Positions 52,425 to 64,000 of a DNA stretch of 64,000 bases are shown here, in pieces. Made by a program: the position numbers and the translations under genes. The first letter of the stretch is position 1. Each line of letters opens with the position of its first letter. Origin of the DNA: Octopus bimaculoides (taxonomy: Eukaryota); the NCBI RefSeq assembly GCF_001194135.2, contig NC_068997.1, positions 55,794,231 to 55,858,230 on the forward strand, read 5' to 3'. The notes beneath the pieces were generated by a model. The model was not told the DNA's origin. It searched no databases and saw only the letters and a program-made list of their open reading frames with translations.

Positions 52425-52842
52425 ATTCTTTTATCTTTTACTTATTTCAGCCATTAGAGTGTGGCCATGCTGGAACACTGCCTTGAAGAGTTGTTTTTTA
52501 GTCACTTGCATCGATCTCAGGACTTATTATATTTTTTGCATAAAACCTGGTACAAATTTTATCACTCCCTTTTGCTGAAGCGCTAAGTTACAAAATACAC
52601 CAACACCGGTTATCAAGCAGTCATGTGAGGAAAACATAGACACACACACACACATATCTATCTATCCATCTATCTGTCTACATTAACAATGAGCTTATTT
52701 CAGTTTTGCGTCTATCAAATCCACTCACAAGGCTTTGGATGGGCCAATGCTATAGTAGAAGGCACTTGTCCAAGATACCCCACAGTGGGACTGAACCCAG
52801 TACCACGTGGTTAAGAAGCAAACTTCTTACTTCACAGCCACA
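52425..52842 (-). mobile_element. SINE family A, near full length
   Basis: tcttttacttatttcagccattaga tail to cttacttcacagcca head. Confidence 0.85.
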
Positions 52843-53277
52843 GTAATAGAATCTCCTTTAAATAAACGATCACTAACCATAAGCATAAATTATTACAATA
52901 ACCCTTTTGAATACTAAAAGAAAAGCCAAGCAAATGAATGGGAATCCATCTTCTGTCTGTAGACTCTTTAAATGCTCCACTGAAAAACAACTTTTTAAGC
53001 ACTCCACTGATATTTGCACAACATAAGCAGTATAAACCTTTGAGTTTTGTGTTACTGATAACAATTCCAAGGTGACTGAATAATAAATTCTGAAATTCTT
53101 GTGAATCACTGCCATTTAAACAGCAAATACAATTGGCTCTTTTCAAATTACTCCTATTTACACTTTTACCAATCTTACAGTATCTTGCATTCGCACTAAC
53201 ACTTTAATCCTAATCAATACTGTTAAAACCGCAGCTACTGGAGGCTACTTCTCATCAGACCACTACAATTAAATCAC

Positions 53278-53352
53278 CTGCAATCTTAGCATAACTTTCT
53301 GCATAATTTCTTGTGCTCTGCAATTAGCTTCATTATCACTGCTACAATGCAT
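53278..53352 (-). CDS. Candidate first coding segment (MHCSSDNEANCRAQEIMQKVMLRLQ|) in a 120-nt exon 53278-53397
   Basis: Acceptor ttttatttaaag at 53398, donor CAG|GTGATT, phase 0 end compatible with the 11581 exon. Link unproven. Confidence 0.25.
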
Positions 53353-53749
53353 GTTATTAATGCAGCAACCATTGCAACAAGTAGTCACACCAAATCACTT
53401 TAAATAAAATTGGAATTCGGAAGATAATCACCAGCTTTGCTCTAAGTAGTAAAGTTAACAGAGCAGTAAAACTAGCAATTATTCAGTAGATAGATAATTA
53501 CTTGAATCTTCAAATGTGATTGTATAAGATTAATGAAAAACTCTTCTGGATATAGTCGGACTAATTTTGTATAATACTTATATAGACTTCTTACATCTCT
53601 ATCTTACGATAGAGATGACTTAAGAAAATAATCCATTTGAAAATCAGATTAATGAAATGGTATGGAAACATAAATAATATGGAAATGTCTGTCAATTGAG
53701 AATGTAGATTCCAATAAAACATTTCTGATACATTATATTGTTATTACTT

Positions 53750-54146
53750 TGTGTTTCGTAGTTCCGATCTTCAAGTAAGCATTATAATTAATGTCAGAAT
53801 AAAAATATAAACTGTTGATCAGCAACTTCAATGGCGATTACGAGCTTGTTCTCATTCCCTGATCTGTTACTAAGATGAGAGAGAAACTTGGAGAAACATC
53901 CACGCTGATCAAAAGCAATAGTCAAGCATAAAGTTCGGTTAAGAGCCTTTCAAGACTTGTAATTTAGTAAAAGAAAAAAGAAAAAAAAGAAGAGAGAAAG
54001 GAAGAACAGAGGCTGATAAAAGCTAATCATTAAAAGGAGATGCTATTTCGGATGTAATTCCAAGTTTTCAGTTTTGGTAATGCATTAAAAAGAAAAGATA
54101 TTGGTCATGTAAGTTTAAGAGTAAGTAACATCAAAAGAAGGTAAGT
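53750..54146. promoter_or_regulatory. CpG-enriched repeat-free segment, possible divergent promoter, with three GTAAGT donors on +
   Basis: Several CpGs 53756-54051; GTAAGT at 54109, 54121 and 54141. Confidence 0.25.
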
Positions 54147-54589
54147 TAGTGCCATGTAAACGGTAAAAGTAACTGACTTAGAAAGAATATTCATTATCCA
54201 AAGTTTCCAACCAACAGTCACAGAATAAGTTGTAATTCTCCAAAAACAACTTCTGAAAAAAGATATTTTTACAAGAATTCTTGATTTGTTAAATAAATAA
54301 TTTCTAAAGTTATTAAAAGTCATATGCAGAGTAAAAAATAGAATTATGTTAAAAAGTATTTTGAGTTTAAATTTTAAAGAAAAATAGAAAAATTGGGCTA
54401 GCAAAATGTTTAAGCTGATAAAGTTTGGACTGTTATATCACACAGTCGTTATTATTAGATATTACTTTCAAATAGTAAATTCTTAATGTTATTTAATTCA
54501 GTATCATCTTAGGTGGTGGTGGTGGTGGTGGTGGTGGCAGCTGAGGCAGGGTTGTCACCATCATCCTCATCACACCCCCTCCTCAGCAG

Positions 54590-56090
54590 AAAGAGTTCTA
54601 CCAGAGAGCCAGTGTGGTTTTAGATCTAACTACTCAACAATGGATATGATCTTCTCCATTCGTCAGCTACAAAAAAATGCCGGGAGCAGCATTTACCACT
54701 ATATATATAGCGTTTGTCGATCTGACACAGGTATTTAATACAGTCAGCAGATCAGGACTGTACGTGGTGCTTGGAAAATGTGGCTGTCCTCCAATAATAC
54801 TACTGCTCATTGTTTCGTTCTATGATGACATGAAGGTCACCATTCAGTTTGACAGTTTGATATCAGATAGCTTCAACATCAACAGCAGAGTAAAACAAGG
54901 TTGTGTCTTAGCACCAATCCTTTTCAGCATTTACTTTGCTGCATTGCTGCAGTATGCGTTTCAAGATTTGCTGGGAGATGTTTACCTTTGTTGGAGAACT
55001 GATAGGTCACTCTTTGATCTTTCTAGACTTCAGGCCAAGACTAAGATCAATTGAGCAACAATAAGAGACTTTCTCCTCACTGATGATGTGGTACTTGTTG
55101 CTCACAGTGAATTAACTCTACAAATAATGACGGACCACCTTCCATCAGCATGCAAAGCCTTCAGTTTGGTCATCAGTGTAAGGAAGACAGTCATCCTCAC
55201 TCAGGAGGGCACAGTGAAAGACCATATCAAGCTTGATGACAAAGAGCTTGAGACAGTGGGGAGGTTCTGCTATCTAGGGTCTACCATTTCCTCTACTGCT
55301 TTGCTTGATGAGATTAATGCCAGGATAGGGACGCAGCAACAACTTTTGGAAGGCTGACAAAACGAGTTTGGAAGAAGAAGAGATTAGACATCAAGACAAA
55401 GATCAGGATTCATGAAGCATGTGTTCTCAGCACACTCCTCTGTCGATCTGAAACATGGACCTTGTACAGCAGACAGGAAAGGTGCCTCGGCATTTTCCAT
55501 CTCAGATGCCTCCGCAAGATCTTAGGCCTAAAATGGCGTGACAAGGTCAACAATGTTGAGGCGCTGGCACAAGCGAATCTTCAAAGAATGACAGTTATCT
55601 TGTGTATGAGAAGACTGAAGTGGCTGGGGCATGTCAGGAGAATGGATGACCATTGAATCTTGAAGCAACTGCTCTATGGAGAACTGGCCCAGGGCAAGAG
55701 GCCAAGAGGAAGACCAAAACTGGGGTATAAGGACACTTGCAAAACTAGTTTGTCCAAGTGTGAGGTAGATGCCAGCACCTGGGAGGAGAGATCTGACGAT
55801 AGAACAACATGGAGGATTGATGTGAAGGAAGGAACTGCTTCGCTAGAGAGCAGCTACAGAAGCAAACTAGTTGAGAAGCGTCAGCAGCGAAAGGAAAACA
55901 ACAGAAATGCAGAGCGCCAAGGCACCCTCTTGGTATGCAAGGACTGTGACAGAAACGGCACTTCAATTCTAGGAAGAATCAGCCATGAAAGAAGCTGCAA
56001 GAAGGGGAGCCCTTGATGTGTTCGATTAAGTGACCTCTAAGCTAAATTGACCGTCCGTCTGCATAGAGGAAAAGGGCCAGTTATTATTAT
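54590..56090 (+). mobile_element. RTE-BovB-type LINE, 5'-truncated (RT domain to 3' end), inactivated
   Basis: LPESQCGFRS..STMDMIFSIRQL, AFVDLTQVFNTVSR, VKQGCVLAPILFSI, LTDD (cf. YADD), FCYLGS, SETWTLY, LKWLGHVRRM, GKRPRGRPKL and a degenerate C-terminal Cys/His motif. At least two stops and two frameshifts; short (TTA) tail. Confidence 0.97.
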
Positions 56091-58194
56091 CTACCTATAT
56101 ATATTTGGATATAGTATATGTAGATATAAATAAATATATGCNNNNNNNNNNNNNNNNNNNNNNNNNNNNNNNNNNNNNNNNNNNNNNNNNNNNNNNNNAT
56201 ATATATATATAATTATGTATATGTATGTATGTATGTGTGTGTATTTATATATCTGTATATATATATGTATATATGCATATATATATATATATATATCCAT
56301 ATATGTACATATATACAGATTGAAGATAATTATTTATGAACTATTCAACATTTAACTAATTTCCATTAATCTGCGCACACACACAGAACCACTCGCAGTT
56401 ATAGATTTATCCTTTCATATATTATAACATCAAAGACACCTTGCTAATGTCTCAATAATTTATTAGTTTAATTAGCATATAAGATTGATTTTCTTTACAG
56501 AATTTCTCCTGATTAATAACTTATGAAAGACAGTGTGAAAATGAATATCTACATCACAATGAATTTCTTTTACTTCTTTGAATCATTCGACTGTGGCCAT
56601 ACTGGGGCAGCACCTTCAAGGGTTTAATGAACTATCTCGCTCTTAGAATTTATTTCAGTATGATGCTTATTTTATTGATTGTGGTTGTTGAACTGCTATG
56701 TTATGCGATATAAAAGGACACAAACTCTGATGAGACCAGCTTTTAGACTGATTTAAACACACGCACATGAGCATGCATATATAAGTACAGCTGTGTGTTT
56801 AAGATGTCTGCTTTACAACACCCTGTGGTTTTTGCTTTGGTCCTATAGTATGGCACCCAGGACATGTGTCTTGTAACACTCTGAGTGACTGATGCCTTGG
56901 CAGTGAAACACTTCACCACTTTCAGTGACTGAAGCTCCAGCCCTTCTTACTCCAACAATTTATCCTCGTTGGAAATCAGATATGTTGCATAGATACATAT
57001 ATGCCAAAACAAAAGCAAGAAAAAAAAAGCAGGGGGACCTATATCATGCAGTACAAGGCACACATGATGCACATGAACACATATATACAAACTACAACAT
57101 ATCTTATATTGCCAAGAGATAAAACAGTGAAATAAAAGTGGGGTTTCAATCCCGGGTGTATTTGCTTTTCTATCCAGTTGTAATAAAAACAATTTTACAT
57201 TAATCTGATGGATTGTTCCATTCTTTTGTAGAGAAAATGTTTATTATTCTTAAACAAGAATATTATTAACAGTGACATCGAAGTTTTAGCCAGTTAAGCC
57301 ATCATTGGACCGCAATGTATTAACTTAATCTTGGCTTTATATAGTCTCTGTTGAGATATAATTTTTCTGGGGTTTGTAGGGTTCAGTTGTATGGTAATTA
57401 GATTGTTGAGGGAGGAGTTGTAATAAAGAGGTATTTGTGGAGAATTCTTTGTTCATTAAATTTGGGATTATGTTATTGAACAAAATTTATTCATGCATGT
57501 AGAACAAAAGGATGTGCTGCTAATTCTCATTACTTTTGGTTTTATGGGGTTTAACCCTTTGCTTTCGGAATGTAAACGTCAATGTTCAAAGTTTAGTCTA
57601 GCATTTAAAGACTTACTAATTGGGTGTGTCAGCTTTTTAATAATGGAATTTTTAAGGGTTCTCAAAAGAATTTACAGGGTGTGATGGGTAAATTGTTGCC
57701 TTCTTATATTTTTAATTTTTTGATGGTGCATTCCACACACTTATCTTCTACAAAATACTACTCACAGGTTATTAGTCAGACTTTCCTTATATCAAAGACA
57801 TTTGTCCAAGTTGCTTGATGGCGAGATCGAACCAGTAAACACATGATTTCAAAACGAATTTCTTGACCAAAACAGCCATTCCTGTGCTTTATATTGTTGC
57901 AAAGTCATCACCATCCAATCAGTAGAAGCAGCAGAATGTCTTTAGCACTGAATCACTGTAATAAATTTTTCACACATCACTGGAAGGACAGTTTAATTTT
58001 CCAGGCCAATGACACCATACTTTAATACACAACATGCTTGAATATTATATATAATCTCTTGGTCCCTTTATGTATATTCTGTTGTTCTCATTATACGCAT
58101 GTGTTGGTTCCTTTCAATACACTGTTGGTTGTATTGTATACATGCTATATATTATACATACATTCTGCTATATTGTATTACATAAGCATGCTGC

Positions 58195-58325
58195 TGGATA
58201 TATTATATTATAAATGTATATCTATGTATATCTATCTATGTATTTATGTATCTATGTATGTATCTAACTATCTATCTATCTATCTATCTATCTATCAATC
58301 TATCTATCTATCTATCTATTGATTT
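58195..58325. repeat. (TCTA)n-rich microsatellite
   Basis: Direct repeat. Confidence 0.9.
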
Positions 58326-59364
58326 ATACACATACACACACATGTGTCACTGTGGTAACTTGAGCTACTACAAATAGCAGCCAAATCTCTCTTAAAACAC
58401 ACCCTTTCATCAAAAGACACAGATGTACAGTATTTCAGGAAGAAAAGAAAAAATGCATGTGATGGGTCTGCTACATTAGAGGCAACTCTGGGCTAAACAA
58501 AACACAGACATACTTCACATTAAAAGATTATCTACTAAATAAAACTAAGAAAGTTGATGGTATATTGTCTAAGTTTAATTCCCTGTTGTTGAAATTGTTG
58601 ATGTAACAATATCAGATCCCCTCTGCTTCACTTTACCTGCCGGAATCTTTTGAATCTTACCTCGAGGGTAACTCTACAGTTATTTAGTCTAAGGAATTAA
58701 CACACTCATAGGCCCTTAAAGAATATTCCTCTGCCTCCGAGATTCTTAGCCATAGTCTCTTGCTTGAAGAATACAGGCAGATACTAAAATCAGTCAATGA
58801 AATTTACTCCAGTATCTAACTGGTACTTTGTTTTATGGACCCCACAGGGGTGAAATAGGAAATTGACTTCAATCTGATCTGAACTCAGAATGTGAAAAAC
58901 CTGAATAAAATACTGCAGGCTGCAAAAGAACTTTCCAATGCACCATCCTAATCAATAGCATCAATCAATACTAAATAGAAATGTAATAATGAAACTTATG
59001 AACATTTCATCCTGTTTTATATTGATTTTATTAGCTAATTTATTTAAAAGCTATTGACAAAATTCTATTATGCTACACTAACGTCAGCTTACATCAATCT
59101 ATATTCTTTTGTTTCAAGTTGTTATATCTTCAAAAAATATTTAAAAACTATGATAGTATTGTAAATATATTTCTATGCCTATAAAAAAAACAACAGATTG
59201 ATGTATTCATTTATGTTAATAAATATATTATGCTAATTACCGTTATACAAATACATTATTATATCAAAGAAAACACCTTTATTTGTCTCTTAAAAGACAA
59301 TATTCTGACTTGATAAGTAAAAAAATTATTTGTTTCTCTAAATAAATATAATGAAACTACATTT

Positions 59365-59670
59365 CTTTCATCTTTTACTTGTTTCAGTCATTAGATTGTA
59401 GCCATGCTGGGGCACCAACTTGAAGAATTTTAGTCAAGCATATCAATCCCAGTACTTATTCTTTTTTTTTAAAAAAAGCTTGATACTTATTCTATTGGTC
59501 TTGTTTGCTGAACTGCTAAGTTACAGCAATGTAAACACATTAACACAGTTTGGGAAGCAATGGTGAGGGATAAATGCAGGCACAAAGATACACACACACA
59601 CACACACACGATGTGCTTCTTTCAGTTTCCATCTACCAAATCCACTCACAAGGCTTTGGTCAGCCCCCAG
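59365..59670 (-). mobile_element. SINE family A, 3' two-thirds
   Basis: ttttacttgtttcagtcattaga..gccatgctggggcac..tccactcacaaggctttggtcagccc. Confidence 0.85.
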
Positions 59671-61239
59671 GTAGGTCTTGGAGAGGTTTGATCTCAGAAT
59701 TGGAGTAAATGCTGCATGGCGTGCAACATGACATCCTTACAATTCTCTCAGTCCATTACCTTAGACCGTTTTATTGACCCAGAGAAGATGAAAGGCAATG
59801 TTGACCACAACAGGATTTGAACTTAAAGTACAGAAAGAAAAATTGCAAAGAGCATCCTGTCCAAAACTCTAACAAACCTATCACTTCACCATTTCAAAAA
59901 CAAGAGCCATTTATTATCATGGAAAGAGAAAAAGCAACTCGTGTATTTCTTGAGTATCTAAATAGTTATGCTCTATCATGTGATCAGAAAAACAAAGAAC
60001 AGCTATGAAGTGTTGAGGAGAACTAATAAGACTGAAACATGTTTACAATTGCCATGATTGTTGGTGAAGATGAAATTAAATTAATACTAAATTTTCAGCT
60101 TATGTTTTAACCTCGTCAGCTTATTATAATTCTAATTTTAATTAGAACTGTTTCTTTCTTAGCTTCACCAAATTTCTTCAACATTAGTCTTCAAGCCTAT
60201 ACTTTGCATTCTTCTGTGTAATTTTGGTTATAATCAAATGAAATGTTTTTACTTTTTTCATAAATTACAATAGCACTCACTCAAACTAAAAGCATGTTTC
60301 ACTTTGAATGAGGCAACTGGATACATAAAATGATCTTTGTGCTATCCGTAATATATCTATAGATTTTAGCAAACACAAGCTATTGACAAAATATCTTTCT
60401 GAATTGAGAAAAAGTGATCAGCTGTCTTAGTTTCAATTTTGTGCTGGGAGTTCCTCAACGAATGAGTACAATTTTTAACTCTCCATTGAGACAATGCTTA
60501 TAAAATCATGATTATTGAGAGCTTAAGTAAACTGGATAGGATCACTTAGATAGTTAATGCCCTCTTGGCTGCTAGTTTATTATTAAATTATTGGTGCATT
60601 ACCATTGTTTATTAGCTATAAACACAAGGTATTTACATTCATTACACAAAGGGCTAAAAATCTATGGATATATTTTGTAGTACAATGTAACACTGAAGCA
60701 AAACATTGTTCACGTACAAGTAATTTATTAAAGTGATCTTAAAGCATCAACTAGAAATGAGAGGAAATCTATATTACAGAAACTTTTATATGTATACAAT
60801 GAAAAATAAATTTTATATGTGAATTTAATTGACAATAAGAGTAGGATAGAAAATATTTGATGCGGGTAACCATGACAATGAGAATAATTTAAGTTGGTAT
60901 CTCTGGTAGTTCAAAATTATTTATTTAAAAATGTTTAAATGAGATCAAAGTGAAAACTTGTAAAAGAAATTATCTACCATAAAAAATAAAAGCATAATAA
61001 TTCTAAATGATAAGTAAAATATCAGAAAGTATTTTAAATGATAATATTGATAGGGAACTTGTTGTTCAGACCCCTTTCCATGGGTATTGGGCAACCAGGA
61101 CCCTAACTGATTGCTTATCTCTATTCACATTTTATCTTAAGGGATATTCTGTGTCCATAGTTAAACCATTTTTAACTCAAATGTCCAGTTGACTGAGCTT
61201 TAAGTAGGAACCACAGTTTTTACCAAAATAAGCAACAAC

Positions 61240-61460
61240 TGGATTGTACAGCTGGGGATTCAGTACTGGGTTTAAATCTTCACAACAAGGTAAATCCTTG
61301 ATTAGGAAATAGACAAGAGCAGGACTGTCTCACCATCGACTTTGCCTCTCATCCTTTCAGGCCTCATGAAATAGAAACCAGTTAAGCACTGGAGTTGATG
61401 TAATCATTTTACACCTCCCCAAACATTGCTGGCCTTGTGCCAAAATTCGAAGCCAATGTG
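61240..61460 (+). mobile_element. SINE family B, degenerate
   Basis: gactttgcctctcatcctttcagg..gctggccttgtgccaaaattcgaagcc. Confidence 0.75.
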
Positions 61461-62497
61461 GCATATTAGTGACCAGGTCCATTTTAAGTAAGAAAAATCT
61501 ACTCAGTACCAGTAATAAGCATAAATACAGTACCATCAACTACCACTATGTCGTAGCACACATAGCAAACTACATCTGTTTGCATTCTGTGTTCAAACGC
61601 TGCTCAGGTAGATTTCCTTTCATTCTCCCTGGGTTGATAGATTAATATCAGTCAAATACTGGTAATTCATTAATTGGTTAAACTCTTGAATGCACTGCCC
61701 CAGCATGGCCACAGCCCATTAAGTAAAGCCAATAAAACAAGAAAAGAAAAAACAACTCCTAACTTATAGATGACATTTTAGAAATGTGTGCTAAATTATA
61801 CAGATTTCAAGTTTCTCTCTCTCCTGCTCCTCTCTCTCTCTCTCTCTCTCTCTNNNNNNNNNNNNNNNNNNNNNNNNNNNNNNNNNNNNNNNNNNNNNNN
61901 NNNNNNNNNNNNNNNNNNNNNNNNNNNNNNNNNNNNNNNNNNNNNNNNNNNNNNNNNNNNNNNNNNNNNNNNNNNNNNNNNNNNNNNNNNNNNNNNNNNN
62001 NNNNNNNNNNNNNNNNNNNNNNNNNNNNNNNNNNNNNNNNNNNNNNNNNNNNNNNNNNNNNNNNNNNNNNNNNNNNNNNNNNNNNNNNNNNNNNNNNNNN
62101 NNNNNNTATATATATATATATATCTTATGCCTTTTTGTATGCTAAAATCTGATATTTACAATGACAGTCAATTAAAATTTTTTTTTTTTTTGCATTTTGA
62201 AACAAATGAACAAACTTTCTTTAACTTATTAAATGTAGCAGAGTCTGACTAAAATCAGATATGACAGCTTGCTAAGGAATTAGGCATCAGCTAAATATTA
62301 AATAATAAATAGTTAATATTCATTTGGCATAAAGAGAATGCTAGAAGCATGTCACCTGGTTATCACTGAACTCATAAATCAATTACCTGAAACTTCAGCT
62401 GTTGACTGTCTACATTTTTATATCAGTTTGTGGTTGACAACTTCGACTCTGTTAGAATGGATTGATGCAACTAGGATAACAATGCTTTATTCTCTGT

Positions 62498-62594
62498 GTT
62501 CCATTTCCAGCATCCTCCTATGGTTCCATTTCCAGCATCCTCCTGTGGTTCCATTTCCAGCATCCTCCTGTGGTTCCATTTCCAGCATCCTCCT
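62498..62594. repeat. 25-bp minisatellite gttccatttccagcatcctcct(a/g)tg x3.9
   Basis: Units start at 62498, 62523, 62548 and 62573. Confidence 0.95.
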
Positions 62595-62787
62595 AAAGAT
62601 CTTTGAGACTGAACTGTCTTTGCTATTGATTTTGATCATCTGAAGGTTTAGAAACACTTAACGAAATGAATTGTGATTTTAACATATGCAATGATAATGA
62701 TATAACACATTAATTGCAAATAACTTGCCATATTAACGAAACATTTGCAACATCTATTGAACTATCATAATTTATTCATCTTCATTT

Positions 62788-62835
<48 letters not shown>

Positions 62836-63569
62836 CATATATATATGACAGGCTTCTTTCAGTTTCTGTCTACCAAATTCATATTTGTGTGTGTGTGTAC
62901 ATGTTTGTTATTTAGCATGTATGCTTATACTCACATCGGCATTGTTTAAGCAAAGTTGTTCTAATGCTGACATTTTTTACTGACACTATGACTAGTCACT
63001 CTGCACTTTCAAATATCTGAAGAATATAAAAAAATCTCTTACATGAAAAATAGGTAAGGGTTGGTGACAGGAAGAGCATTGGGCTATGAAATCTTACCTC
63101 AAATAACTCCCCACCCAGACCCAAGCTAATATGGTAAAACAGATCTGGAGATAAATGAGCAACACAGAAACCATACAAAAGAATTGTCACAAACATAGAA
63201 TATATTTCACAGAAACATTAAGAATTCTTTAATTCTTCCAGATTGCAAGAGTTTAAATTCTGTTTACTTCACCAGAGTTAAAATTTTATTTTCTAAATGC
63301 TTTTAATACTTCTAAAATGTTTGAAATGCTTCTAACTGAAAATTTAAAATGCTTTTAATCTCTAGAATATTTAAATAGTATGTTTAAGTTAGTCTTTTAT
63401 GTGTAAATGTGGCTTTTGTAATTTTGGGTTATTAACAGATCTGTGGAAGCCACAAAAGAAAGTATAAAATAAAGAAGCAGAGGGAGAAAAAAACTATTTG
63501 AATTCTGTTAATCTTTAAAAAAACAACATTTAATATTGAACAGATTTCAAATATAGAGAATGTATAAGG

Positions 63570-63571
63570 AC

Positions 63572-63619
<48 letters not shown>

Positions 63620-63629
63620 CACACACACA
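63570..63629. repeat. (CA)n microsatellite
   Basis: Direct repeat. Confidence 0.95.
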
Positions 63630-64000
63630 AAAAAGAGATGTTTTCCCTTTTTTATTTTTTCATCCAATTCAAATGGCTGAGAGTACTGCAGAGTGATTGT
63701 ACCTGATGATGAGGAATTATAATCTTGTGTCAGATGTGTGTGTATATATATATATATGTAAATGCGTGTGTGCACGTGCACGTATATACATACTTACATA
63801 CACAGAAATGTTTGTTTCTCTGCTTAGTTATAATAAAAACATTTTTACCTTAATCTGGAAGGTTAACTTGTTACTTTTTATAGAGAACAAATTTTACTTT
63901 ATCAAAGTAAAGCTATTTACCAACATAATGTAGCTGTCTCAGTTGGGATGAATGTTACTGTTGTTTTAGCCCCAGCATACATCGTCTCTAGCTGGCTTTA

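Overview
This is AT-rich eukaryotic DNA, dense in microsatellites and SINEs, with five N-gaps. The SINE families, Dong/R4 and RTE LINE remnants and (TAA)n/(CA)n load suggest an Octopus-type cephalopod; that assignment comes from remembered repeat families, not a database match. I found no rRNA, true tRNA or CRISPR array, and most ORFs in the track are microsatellite, gap or antisense-TE artefacts. Clear transposon coding remnants are a 1.5-kb RTE-BovB RT fragment (54590-56090, +), a hAT transposase fossil (~23400-25500, -), a Helitron PIF1 helicase fragment (8515-9090, +), two more RTE 3' ends and a Dong/R4 3' end. The best host-gene evidence is three phase-compatible minus-strand exons (12303-12398, 11516-11581, 11086-11175) with downstream AATAAA signals; I could not name the protein. 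The most interesting object is a TSD-flanked palindromic element (50911-51322) joining a tRNA-like Pol III head, an (AAT)n spacer and a Penelope-type minimal hammerhead ribozyme, head-to-head with an internally deleted copy of itself. A second, unrelated hammerhead-like motif with a variant core lies at 6103-6138 (-). Repeat boundaries are approximate (tens of bp) unless TSDs or splice sites are quoted.
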